The notes beneath the pieces are model-generated. The model worked only from the letters and a program-made list of their open reading frames with translations. It was not told where the DNA came from and did no database searches. The translations under genes were made by a program, and so were the position numbers. From Klebsormidium nitens (taxonomy: Eukaryota > Plantae > Klebsormidiophyceae), in the NCBI GenBank assembly GCA_000708835.1, contig DF236971.1, positions 124,001 to 188,000 of the forward strand: 64,000 nucleotides of DNA, given 5' to 3'. Every line of letters starts with the position of its first letter. The first letter of the stretch is position 1. This document shows positions 1 through 13,100 of the stretch, piece by piece.

Positions 1-88
1 ACATCCCCACAGAAGGTGGATCAACCTAGACCCTCAGAGATGCTAACGCCTCATCATTTCCAGCCTCCTCAAGCTCGGCGTTTCTCAC

Positions 89-2398
89 CTGGAACGGTGA
101 ACCCCCCAACCTCCGGCTCCGCCACGCCAAACGTAATCGGGAGCGCGTTCTCGCGCTTCCCCTGCACCTTATGGTGCGCAAAGTTCACATGGGCGGGGTC
201 CAGCACGTTCTCTACCAGAGTGTCCCAGTTGTAAGGGAGCTCCCGGTAGACCCACTGGTACGTAAAGTCGGGGTCGGAAAGAGTGCTGTCAATGCGCGGG
301 GGAGTGGCCAGGGCCTCCAATGCCGAGCGCTCGTCGGGCCACACCCAGAGGAGGCCCACCTCTTCCTGCCAGACCAAGGTTTATTCAGAGTCGGGCGGGA
401 AATGGTTACACACAAGGAAACCAGAAGGATCCTCACATTTTCGGAGCCCAATTTCAAAGCCCAACAGGGTCGATACCAATCTGAGTCCTTACTAAGCAAT
501 GCTTTGGGGAGCGTCCCGGCCCTTTCCAGGGCAGGAGAGAGAGTCACAACAAGCAGGGCCAAAGAAAGAGGCCTACCTTCAGACGTCAGCGCAAACTGTA
601 GTGTTTGGCCTGTCTACTCAACAGCGTACACTAAGGTTGGAGACTAAAAGCTCTCGGCCATCTTGCCTCAAACGTAGTCAATGCTCGTCCCAGAGGAGGA
701 TTGCAATGAAAGTAGGACCAGGCCTGCCACCGTCTGCTGGGTGGAAGCCTGGATTTCGATGCTGACAGTGGGATCCAAACGGCCCCTGTTCCACCACATT
801 TCTGCTCATTATGCAGCTTGATTAACCGGCTTTTGCGTTTGCGCACAACAGTCCTACAAACCTCGTTCAAGGAGAGTCACTGTCTTTGTCGGAATCCTGA
901 AAGCGGAAGTCTTCGACCACAACTGCTGTGTGCCGCCACGTTACACCATTATCCACCGGCTCGTGAATCTCACCTTGATAGGAAGAGCCACTGCGCATGC
1001 CAGTTTGGAGTCCAGCGCTTTCCGCTCGTCTTCGTCAGCCTGGGGTATCAGAGTGCAGTTTCCCTGGGGGCCAAATACCCAACCGTGATATGAGCACTGC
1101 AGGCCCCCAGATTCGTGAATCCGCCCCTCGGAGAGGGGGGCGAAACGGTGGGGGCAGCGGTCGAGGTGGCAGCGCCAGCTGTGATGGAGGGAAAGAGCAT
1201 TTACAATCTTGAGAAACGGTTGTCCATCATGTTTGTCAACGCAACAGGATGGGGGAAGCAACTCAACGTGCAAAGCACAATGTTGATTCTTCAGAGGTTC
1301 ATTGATCGGCTGTGCGAAGGCAGAGGGGGCCAGCCTTTAGAACAGCACGGACATCTGCCGTCTGAGGGCAGGTGACTGAGAGAAAGAGCTCCCAACATAA
1401 AGTGGGGACAGTTGGATCTCAAAAAGCCTCAAATTCAGCCTTTGACCGACTGATTTGATCGAGGGCCCAAACACAGGATCAGAGGACTTCTATAACCAGC
1501 TAAATAATAATCCTCCTAGTGCGAGAGCTCAGGGTATAGAAGCTGCCAGCTCTTGTCAAACCTAACCTTCTGAGTTTTTCCCTGCTGCCAAAATCGATTG
1601 TATCAATCTTCTAAATCTGTCAGAATCATCAAATTGATGAAAATTCCACAAATGAATGGTTCCAAATACCCGTGATTATCACAATACAACTTAGGATACT
1701 CCGCAATGCTGCCCCCTCCCGCAGCATTGGCTCAATCCCCAACACCTCAAAAACTGGAAAGTTATAAAACCCCAAAAAGTTGGACTATCAAATGGGGCAT
1801 CAATTACTCACTTCTTGTCCTGGTCCCTCCACAACACGAGTCGCTTCCCCAGCACCATGATCCCCTTGGGTTTTTTCGGGTCCAGGTCCTCCACCACTGC
1901 TGCCGGGTACCAAGCCTTCGCCCAATCCATCTGCTTTCTCCCTTCTCTGATCCTTTCCTCCACCTTGTCCACAGGCGCCTCTGTTTGCACGGCCTGCGTC
2001 CTCCACTTCTGTTTCCCGTCTCCTAATCCTGGCTCCTCGCCGAACCCAACATTGTCCTGGTCCTCTCTAACCTGCTGCCGTTTGACTGAGAGAGGACTCT
2101 GCAAAAGTGGGCCTTTGAAACAGCAGGCCAGTCTGCAGGTCCGTCGCCGATGGAACTCACTCTGTGGCGCCTTCTTCCTTGCTCCAGTCACGGTCTTGGC
2201 ATGAACTGACAACCGACAGCATTTGCTTTTGGTCAAGGGTTTCGAGTTTGATGTAGGACAGAGAGGAAAAGGGGCAAGAAAATTGCTGCCTGAGCTGCCG
2301 CTGATAAAATCTGCGACCACGGTGCTGGATTTCGTGGGCTGCAAAAGAGTTGCAAAAGCTGAAGCGGCCGAGTGCATCGTGCCCATGGAAGAGGCCAT
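89..2398 (-). CDS. PAO/ACD1-like (PTC52/TIC55 family) Rieske [2Fe-2S] non-heme iron oxygenase, 3' end outside window; exons 2398-1812, 1178-974, 365-89
   Basis: The spliced translation has a Ser/Ala-rich transit-like N-terminus and WAKAWYPAAVVEDLDPKKP...VLGKRLVLWRD. It also has the Rieske motif DRCPHRFAPLSEG...QCSYHGW, EEVGLLWVWP, and the mononuclear-iron motif ENVLDPAHVNFAHH. GT-AG junctions keep the frame. Confidence 0.9.
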
Positions 2399-5300
2399 GG
2401 TATGCTGTGGGCGTTCCTCCCAAAGCAAACCTATAATTCAATCCTACATGCCTCAGCAACACCGATGCAAGCGCCCTAGCTGCGTCCAAAGTTGCTTGAA
2501 CTGTGAGTCTGAAGCCTGAAGGTCACCAGCTTCCTAGGGACGTCAGCCTGGCCCTTGAACAGCTCCCCGAAACGGATACCGCAAAAGTCCTCGGTTCCTG
2601 TTTCGGTGGGTATCGACAAGAAGTCGTTGCCCTGCTCGTTCAACCGCGGTTGGTACCCCTTTGTACCACGTGATCAAATACACTCCCTTCGATTGGCTAG
2701 CTCAACTTGCATTATGCATATGCACTTTGTCGCTGCCACACCGTAGTTCGGCCACGACTCATGAGGCCCTTGACCACTCTCGTACGTAGATATATTTCTT
2801 CCACAGAAATGGACGTCTAGGAGTCGTGCAGAGTCGTCGCGGAAGCCGAAAAGCTAGGACCGTTTACCAAGATCCCACGCACTTACTTCTGCAAATAAAA
2901 CTGCCCGGTATCCTACGACCGGGGACCGAACCGTCACACTTCTGACTGCAGAAATATAGTGGCAGACTTTTGGGACTGCTTGGTACATGTCTCTGAGCAA
3001 TCGCTAGGTGAGGGCCGCAGGCACTCCGACATTGAAAGAAGGAAGGGCCACTTTCCATTCCCTAGCTGAGCACTTCCCTGAGCATTCCTACATCCTAACT
3101 TATCCTACTGGCGGCGGCTTGAACTTGAAGTGTCTTATAGGATATCGCACTTCATCATGGCCGCCGCAAGGCTGTGGAAGAGAGGGACATGCAGGGCGAC
3201 ACCTGGCGCAATGGCTCCTTGCAGAAGTCAGCTCAAGCCTACAAGAGAAGGGCAAAAGAGCTGCAATGTCCCCACCATCCCTTGTGCTACTGACAAGAAA
3301 TGCTGGAGGCCTGCATGGGTGTTGAATGTAGCTGCAGAAGGCATTGGCTGATTCCCCACAAGTGCCGTACTTGCAATCGTGTGCAATGCCGTAGTGCCTC
3401 AAATCACAAGCTTCAAAATAAAGCTGTTGATAGGTTGGTGGTGCAGCCTTGTGGAGCAGCCACTAGTTAGCTCTGCTTCTCAGGGCTCCTGAACTGCAGC
3501 AGCCAGACCTCTATCTACTGGCTTCCAACGCCGATGGTCAGTAGTTTGTTGGTGCCCTACTTTGCCTGATACATATGTGTGAGCGACAACTAAAGCTTTG
3601 GACATGCGTGTGGGTGGTCGTAAGGACGCAATTGGCAATCAAGCGGATAAACTTAGTCAGATTTCCATCCATTTATTGCTCTCTTGGCACCCCACCGCAC
3701 AGCTTGCAGTGTTCGGCGCCAGCGTACAGCACGCCTGCTGACGCACGCTTGCATCAGCTCAGCATCGGCATCTCTGAGCAGCAATGAGTGCCAGCATGGG
3801 CTTCCAGACGAGTGGCATGGTGTCGCTTTCAAAGAACCAGTGCAGCGTTAGTGTCCATACTGCAATTGGCGTGAGAAGCAGCTGGGCGCCTGGTGTCAAT
3901 CCAATCAAGTTGATTCCAGCACAGGTATGTGTACATTTCTTTATGACTCCTGTGTGACTTATCCTATCAATTCTCGTTTCGGTGCTTCTTGAATCTCGGT
4001 CTCATCGGGATTGGTAAATGTTCAATATGCGGGATCTGTGAATGGACGTTGACTTGGGACGCACCTTCAGTAGAGGAGGCTCAGCGGCAACAAGGTACTC
4101 AGACTTTGCAGGAAAATGTATCTAATCAGGTCCTTGTGACTGCTCATGAAGGGTGTCAACTGCTATGTTGCTGGTTTTCCGCAGCAATGAGGTTAAACCA
4201 AATTACATCCTGGCCCTCTCAGAGCAATCAAATACATCCGGGCCCTCACAACTGGGAGTCTAGCAATGAGGATCGGAGACGGGTCCTTATCTTTGAACAG
4301 AACTCTGTTCTCCTGATCATCCACCACTAATCAACTATTTCTTGGCAGTCTTCTCAGTTTGTTGCCCCCTCTGGCTGCCCAGATTCACTCTCCACCCAGC
4401 ACCCAAAGCCCTCTTCAGGCCCCAAATCTGCAATCCGTTCTCCAATGGAAGGATGCATCCTAAGCTGGACCGCACTTTCCATCTTCCCCCCACAATTTAG
4501 CTGAACTTCCCCACAGTTACCCAAAGTCCCTCGCCTGTCTCAACCCAGAAAGATCAAAGTAAGATCACAGCTGGGACTTATCAGATTGATCTGTCTATGC
4601 AGTTTGGAACACACGCATCAGTCGCCCGTACCGCAGCTGTGTCCAGACGGATAGGGGATCTTTCCTCACGGCGTGGTTTTGGCGTCCAGCACGCCCCCCA
4701 GATTAAGCAGATCAGGTGAAGGAAACCGTTGCAGGCTTGGTTATTGACTACAGAGTTAATCCCTGCTATCCCTTGGGCTCAGAAGTGAGGGTCTGCATGT
4801 TAATTCCCCTGCCTCACGATCGGATTCTTTCAAACACGGTTGGACTTCACCAAGATCTTGCATCAATTGGGTAGATCTTGCAAGTTGCAGGTAGATACCC
4901 AAAGATCAGCTAGTTCTCGCGATGATCACGTCAACATCCACATGCTTCAGCAGTAGAACCGGGCTGAAAGTAACACTTTTCTGCCTTTTCACTTGCTCAA
5001 CCTAGATCTGCAAACACTGCCCAAGCTCGTCAAACCGCTGGTACGCTGTTTGAGTGCTAATTCAGTGCCACACGATCCAGCTCTTGTTTAATGAATCAAG
5101 CTTGCTTCTGTCATCATTTTCCGCACGGTCTTCGCTATCGTGCTTACATATCATGATAACATCAGCAATCGCCGGCCATGCTTACTTGTGCTCACTTGGC
5201 ACTCACGGTAAGAAAACGGATCTTTCTGCCCCAGCCACCCGTGTCTGCATGCAAGGAGACACTGCCACGGGCCTGTCAGGGTCTTAATTGCCAAATCCTG

Positions 5301-7145
5301 CACACAACGAACAATAACAAAACCTGTAACACAGAGAAAAGTACCAAGTGGTCAGGATCCCCACGACTTCCAATTTCGTGAATGACGATTCCCTGGTCAA
5401 GACTTCGTGTAGGCTGTCCTTGTTCCAGGACCTCAGCAGTCATCTTACAAAAGGTTTTTGGATCAGCAATTTTCAAGGTCATGCATCCACCTGTTGTCCC
5501 CCTTTGCGATGGATTCCACATTGAGATCAAGTAGGCCAGGTGTGAGCGAAGTTTCACTATCAAGGATTCCCTGCTTTGTCAGAGCTCGAGCAAACGATTC
5601 TAGCTCCGGGGAGCTAGTTTTGTGAAAGGAGCCGGGGAATGTTTTATTTGGAAAAGCTGACACGTATGAAAGACAGCATGCTCACAAACAGCCTTCTTTT
5701 GCAGGTGTGTGGGGGCAGTACCAAATGTTGGTGCGACCCCTGCAGTGCCTGCGGACACAACCTCTGCAGTTCCCCAGACTGGCGCCCCAGCCGCCGGTAA
5801 GCTTTGCAGACTACTTTCCTGTTACAGGCTTATGATTTGAAAGTTTTGTCAGCATGGGATGATGGCGCGTAGTCTCGTCTTCTGCTGCCGTTCAGCCCAT
5901 CCGCCGCCAGACATTTCACGCAAGCGCTGTTTGAGAAGAACATTCTCCCACCACAGCGGCACAGCGTTTTGAATGTGCTTGATTGTTGGTCTTCGTTTCA
6001 GCCGTCGACGACCAACGTTAAGCGGATGTCTTCTCATAAGATTCTGCGGACGGTTCTACGTTGACAAAGACCAGCAGGCCTATCGGACTTAATAGAGGCC
6101 TGAGTACCTACGCCTTTGGGCTGCTTATCATCGTGTTTCGTCCCTATTCATGTCACTTCATGGTCGCTCAAGCGTGGGCACTTCGTCTTTTCCCGTAGTC
6201 ATTCGAGCTGGGGCTGCTTCCTTCGAAAACCTACAGTAGTGCGTTTCCGATTCTGCTCCGTTGCGAACTGCAGCCTTAGAATCGCAACCGTGTTCTATTC
6301 GTATTCTTCCCTCTCTGCTTTCTTTTCATAACGGAGTTGGAATTGAAAGCACGTCGATTGCTGCGAGCTAGTGCCGCCCTCCTGAAACTTCAAGGAGGTT
6401 GACGACTGTTATCGTTGCGGCGCCTTTCCTTGCTTAAAGGCTTGCTTCGTGAGCTGTTAATCTGTTCGGTCGAGCAGGCTTCGTTGGCTGAGCACCTTAT
6501 CATGCGTCATAAGCTTGCTTCATTAAGGCAAGTTTGACTTGCAAATACAATCCGCTTGTCACGACGTCGTCCAGCGACTCCCTGCCCTGCAATGCCTTTG
6601 GCATGCATAGTAGCACGAGAGAGTCTGCCATTTCTGACCTTTCTGACTTACATGCCCCTCGTTTCTTTCCATGGCGAAGCTGCCTTTTACGAAGTCGCTT
6701 CTGCTCCTTTCAATGCCGTTTGTGCTGACGTCTTGGCTCCTTCCGAAAAAAACACCTTCTTCTTACAATGACTTGCGGAGGCCTTTTGTCGTTTTGTCCT
6801 CCCTTCTGCCAACCATTTTCTGCTTTCGAGTACTGGTGGAGTTTCGCGACGTTCAACGGCGATTCGGAACAGGGCAATAGTCTGCTTCAAAGGTCATTCT
6901 TGATGGCGGAGGACTCCGGCTAAACAATTAGGGGTTTTACTAGTACATAGTCGCTCACTTGAGAAGCCAAGCAAGTGCATGTTCACGCTGCTTGGACTTC
7001 TCTTGCCTGCTTGGACCTTTCCGAGTGTTCCCTCGATTTGTTCACCCTTAGTTGCCCTTAATGCTCGCCGCCTCTGTTTTCGTATCTTCGTAGTGGTCTT
7101 CTGGTTGAGTGCTTCTTGGTGATTGTAATGGGCTGAACGTTGCAG

Positions 7146-10100
7146 GTTCTGCTATCGCTCCGAGTGGCACTACTACTACTACCACAACCACTATTACCAC
7201 TGTAACCAGCACTAGTCCAGGGACCGCAGCCCCTGAGAAAAGCTCCACGGTTGGTGAGGGCAAGCACGCCGTAGACGCCGTAGTGGCTGCGCCGTAGTAG
7301 ACGCCGTAGTGGCTGCGGGCTTTGTAGCCTCCTTAAGTCTCCGATAGCAAATGAGACTTCCTCCAAATTTAGATGTCCACATTTATCAATCAAAGGGAAA
7401 ACGGATACTTGTGCGTGTCGAAGGTTCTCTGGTGCATGTTGCAGGTTCTCCAATGTGCTAGTCTGAGTGAGGGACCATTTTTGTCATGATTTGCAACAGC
7501 AGAGTTACAAGTCATTGTCACTTTACGTCCTTCTCTGGCCTGACTTCTGTTCCGTTCAACCCATTCATATACCCGTCCCTATTATCGGTTGGCTGTCTTT
7601 GGTGGTTTTGTCCCGGCTCGAGTTAGAGGTCCTGTCTTGAGGATGCTTATCACTTTCAAAGAAGAACGTACTCCGATTCAACCTCTGACGCCATGTAGAG
7701 TTGCAGGCACGTGCATTTACGAGTCTGATAGTCGAATAACGTTCCAGACTTGTATTATGAACGTTCCTCCCAAATTCTGCGACAGCGCCGGTGCCCTTTT
7801 GCCTTCCTTTGCACATGCAAAACGGAGTCTTCTCTGGACGATTGGCCAGCTCAAACATGGAAGAGCGCTTGCCCCTGACGTGAGGTGCCGTAGGTCCTCG
7901 ATGCTTCTACATGCTGAGCTGCTCATACCCTTATTACCCATTGAGCCGCACTCTGTTTTGTCACATCACTTCAGGGCCAAAAGTCAATCGTTCAAGTGAC
8001 CTCGTGTACAAGAGCGCTGCTGGTTACAGTTTTCGGAACTCCTAAGGCACATTCACTCGCGACTCTCTCACGTTTGGAGAAAGCAGACGCTTTTGTCACC
8101 TTTTCCCGAGGGTATTCATGCTCCAGAATCTGAACTTTTCGCATTTCAAAGGGACCGATTCTACCGCAGGCACCCCTTCAACCGGCGTTGCAGACGACAA
8201 GCTCGGCGACGGGGGTCTGGTTGGCGTAGTCGACAAGGCACTAAGCGGAGGTGGACAAGGCCAACAAGGAGCGGGCACGGCGACACCCGTAGCAGGTATT
8301 GGAGAACTGCAGACTTCAAGTTGGCTTGCGTAGATAAAGCGATCAGTGCTGAGTTTTCTCGAAGCCAAAGGTTCCAACATGAAAAATCGCTCAAATGTAC
8401 CCGCTCAACTGCTCGGTTGCATTTTAGAGCTGTGGGGGTCTGGAACCTCATCTTATGTATTCTGGAGTTCGTTGAGTTGCAAACCAGTCCGCCACAGGAC
8501 GGCTTTCATTTGGGTGTTGATTTCACACGCAGGCACCCCTGCAACTGGCGTCGCGGATGACAAGCTAGGCAACGGGGGTCTGGTTGGGGTAGTGGACAAG
8601 ACGCTGAGCGGTGGTGGACAGGGCCAGGAAGGAGCGGGCACCCCTGCAGCAGGTACGGGAGAACTGGCTCGCATACTTCGACACAGTCAATGATGCACGA
8701 ACTTGCTCGAAGTCAAAAGGATCCTATGCGAAAATCGGCCTAGCGAACCTTCTCAATATTGCTTGTGCTTGGTTGCAATTCACCGCTAGGGTAGTCGTCG
8801 ACCCTCGTCCCATTTCTTCCTTAGTCTGTTGAGTCGCGAACTCAATTCGCAAAATCAGAATGGCTTTTGTTGAGGTACTGTACTTCACACGCAGGCACCC
8901 CTGCAACCGGCGTCGCGGACGACAAGCTAGGCAACGGGGGTCTGGTTGGAGTAGTGGACAAGACGCTGAGCGGTGGTGGACAGGGCCAGGAAGGAGGGGG
9001 CACCCCTACAGCAGCAGGTACTGGAGAACAGGCTTGCATACTTCGACACAGTCACTGATGCATGTACTCGCTCGAACTCAAACGGATCCCTTGTGGAAAT
9101 TTGCTCTGGTGTACCTTCGGAAGATTCAATCTGCTCGGTAGCATTACACCGCCAAGGGGGTCGTCATTTCTCGTCTCATTCATTCTAAAGTTCTTGAGTT
9201 ACAAAGGTCATCTGCACAGAACGGCTTGCTTTGAGGTATTGATATTACACGCAGGTACCCCTTCGACCGGTCTCGCGGACGACAAGCTTGGCGACGGGGG
9301 TCTGGTTGGGGTAGTTGACAAGGCCCTAAACGGTGGCGGACAAGGCCAGCAAGGAGCGGACACTCCTGCAGCAGGTAGGAGAACATGCTTGCATATCCGA
9401 CACAGTCAATGATAGACTTGCTCGAAGTAAAAGGATGATTTGTGAAAGTCTGATCTCGTGTACCTTCTCAAAACTGCTTGTGCTCGGTGGCAATCACCGC
9501 TAGGAGAGTCGCCGATCTCGTCTCGTTTTTTACGTAGTCTGTTGAGTTGCGGACGTATATTCGCACAACTTGGCTTTCAATGGGGTGCTCGCTCCTTGCT
9601 CCACCTCGTCGAGCTTCGTGTCGACCTGTATCTAGTTCGTCAAGGACCTGACGAGATAATCTGCTTCTATGCGAATCTCAAAGGTTGACTTTGGAATGCA
9701 GGAACCGATTCAAGCGGAGCCGCAGATGAGACGCCCGGCGACCGGGGCCTGGTTGGGGTAGTCGACAAAGCACTAAGCGGTACAAACGCAAGTGGTGGCG
9801 GTGAACAAGGTGAACAAGGAGCGGGCACGACTGCGCCTGCAACAGGTATCAAAGAGGAACCCGCTTGCTGGTTATACCTAGCGCATACAAAAGCTGATTT
9901 CCTTCAATCGGTCAGATCCACTGTGACGGTCCCCTTTGTTGCTTTTCATACAGTGGATCATGTGCTCAATTCAAATATGCTGCTATGGTGGCTGATATTG
10001 CGAGATTCTTGCTTTTCCTTTCAGCAAGTTAAATTGTAACACTCGTTGAGCCGTTCCGTTTTGATCTATTCTAAACTGTGTATCTTTGTGCGTCTGTCCA

Positions 10101-13100
10101 TTGCGGAATACGGGCTTCCATTTATATCTAAAGGAGCAAATTGTATATGCAGGCACCCCTACAAGCGGTGTTGCAGCCGACAAGCCCGGCGACAAGGGTG
10201 TAGTTGGAGTAGTCGACAAGGCTCTCAACGGTCCAGCTTCCACGGGCGGTGGTGAACAAGGTCAAGTATGCAATTCAATGCTCTCATGTCCCGTATGATC
10301 GTCTTAGGTTCTTATATGCTTATCTTCAAATTCGGTCACACGTGAACTATCGAAGCTGATGACCCTTGCGTGCTTCAGAATAGAACACTCACTTCATTTC
10401 TGACCTTCAAGCGGTGCTCCCCAGAAATCTGTCCGTTTCTCTGTGGATATGGTTCTGATCAGTCCGCTTCCATGTACGCATTGGGAATTGAGAAAACATC
10501 AATTGCAGGTACTACTACAGGCGGTACTGCAGATGACAAGCCCGGCGACCGGGGTGTGGTTGGAGTAGTTGACAAGGCATTAAGTGGCACAAACTCCAAG
10601 GGCGGCGGTGGCGAACCTGGTCAAGAGCAAGGAGCGGGCACGACTACGCCAGCAACAGGTGCTCGGGCTCAAGAAGGATTTGCTTGGGCCCTTATTCACG
10701 TGTGATTGATGTTATCAAAGGTCGAAGTTGCCATAACCTAAAGGGATCCATTGTGAGCCTCTACATTAGAACCCCGTGCTGTCGACCTCAAGATCAGATT
10801 GGTTTGAAGAGTTTCGTAGATCTGATGTATTGTATTCCCTAATGTTCTAGAAGCTGTTTGTGTCTCGCTTTTGTGTATAATCACTTACAGTCACAAGAAC
10901 CACAAAATGTGATCAGCGATGAGTGGTTTGGTTTGGAATGGGGGGCTTGTTTCTTTCCGGGTTTCGTGTGCATTCGACCCCCATTCTCTCCAAGGGTATG
11001 TCTGTCTTGTGGATTCGACGTTCATGAATGTCAGTGGGATCTGCTTCGAATCTAGATATTCCAGTCTGAGAATTGAGCAAGTGCTCGTTCTCAAAGTCTC
11101 ATGACTAGATTGGTCAATTCTCCGATTCTGTGACGCTTGCATTTTCAGCTCCTTTGAAATTTATCAGAGATGAAGGTTGGGGTAGATCAGAAATCAGCAT
11201 TGCACAGTTTCCAATTGGGGCACGCACGTCTTACGTAATCGTTTCAAGCAGAGCGTCTCCCCGGTTTGTCCAAGTTTTTATGGTGGTACGGTCGAATAGT
11301 ACGTTTGCCATCTGTGACGCACTTTTTAGTAGGATCAATTTAAAATGCAGGAACTACATCTAGATGGATCCACTTTGGTAATCTGAACTCGTACCCCTTC
11401 TCACAGTCTGAAGATCCGATCGGTTTAAAGCAGCCTGTCGTTCTAGTATTCTGACTTCCAAGAAGCTTCTTGACGGATAAGTTTCAGAGTTGGGCTAGAG
11501 TCGGATCAGCGTTGTATGGCCCTGAGATAGGGCATGCGCTTCTTATTTTATCTTTTCGAGCGATGCATCTTGCCCGTTTTGTATTCTTTTACCTACGGTA
11601 TCATGGTCCGGATGATTGCTGTTGGTGACACAATCCCGATAACACAAATTCTACGTGCAGAGGTTACTCCTGGCGGGGGCACCAATGACAAGCCTGGTGA
11701 CGGGGGTGTGGTCGGAGCAGTCGACAAAGCATTGAACGGACCAGGCTCCAAGGGTGGCGGTGGAGAAGGTGGAGGAGTGGGCACGGGTACGCCCGCATCA
11801 GGTACCAAGTCTTGAACATGAGTTGCTTGTTTATATTCATCTGTCCTGATGAAAGTGAACCCCCTCAGATCCAGACGAATCCAATTTGAGAATCTAGCTT
11901 GTACCCCTTCTCCCAATTCTCAAGTTCCGATTGGTCGTTCGTTCTTGTTTCTTTGGGTCCTCTTTTGGCCGATGAGTTTTCGAGTGGGCTTAGAATCCGG
12001 TCAGTGTTGCATGGTCCTGAGATGGGGCACGCGCTTCTCACTTCATCTCTTCGAGCAAGCATCTTGCCCGGTTGTAGTCTTTTACCGTTGGTATAATTCG
12101 AACGATCTGCCGTTGGTGACGCAATCTTAATGAGACAAAGTTTACTTGCAGGGGTTACTCCCGGCGGCGTCACAAATGACAAACCTGGTGACGGGGGTGT
12201 AATTGGGGCAGTCGACAAAGCATTGAACGGACCAAGCTCCAAGGGTGGCGGTGGAGAAGGTGGAGGAGTGGGCACGGGTACGCCCGCATCAGGTACTAAG
12301 TCTCGAACATGACATGTATCTATGTTAATCAGAAAGTAATTCTCTTCAGGCCCAGATAAATCCACTCTGAGAATCTGAGCTCGTTCTCCTTCTCACAGTC
12401 TCAAGATTCGCTCTGTCTGAACCAGTTGTTCATATTAGTTGTTCATTCTAGTTGTTCTGAGGTTCCAAGAAGCTTCTTGACGGATAAGTTTCAGAGTTGG
12501 GCTAGAATCGGATTAGCGTTGTATGGTCCCGAGATGGGGCGTGCCCTTCTTCTACTATCTTTTCGAGCGATGCTTCTTTAGCCGGGTGTATTCTTTTACC
12601 GATTGTATGGTTTGGACGATCTATTGTGGGTGACACAATCCCGATAAGACAAATTTCACCCGCAGGGGTTACTCCCGGCGGCGTCGCAGACGACAAACCT
12701 GGGGACGCGGGTGTGGTTGGGGCAGTCGACAAAGCATTGAATGGACCAGGCTCCAAGGGTGGCGGTGGAGAAGGTGGAGGAGTGGGCACCGGTACGCCTA
12801 CATCAGGCACTTAGAATTTGATCCTGCTCGAATCCAGATGAACCCACTTTGGGAATGCTCGAATCCAGATGAACCCACTTTGGGAATCTGAGCTCCTACC
12901 CCTTCTCACAATCCTCAATTTTCTCTGCCGTTTGTTCTGGTTACTTTCGGTTCCGCAAAGATTTTGGCCCATGGCTTTCAGAGCTGGCGTTGCATGGTCT
13001 TGAAATGGCACGCGCTTCATATTCTTATCTTTTCGAGCAATGTATCTTGCCCGGTTTTAGTCTTTTACCAGAGTTATGGTTCGGATTATCTAGCGTTGGT

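Noticed and set aside
2809-4560. Plus-strand Cys/His-rich frames with splice-like ends (2809-2982, 3141-3470, 3703-3924) suggesting a pseudogene or TAR-to-Gln recoding
   Set aside because: Stop density is not convincingly below random, no family is recognisable, and a C-to-T origin is vacuous because all stops begin with T. Real genes in the window end in TAG, which excludes recoding.
7271-7317. 21-bp direct repeat gtagacgccgtagtggctgcg just after the Thr-rich exon
   Set aside because: Simple local intronic duplication that does not span the splice site; no further structure.
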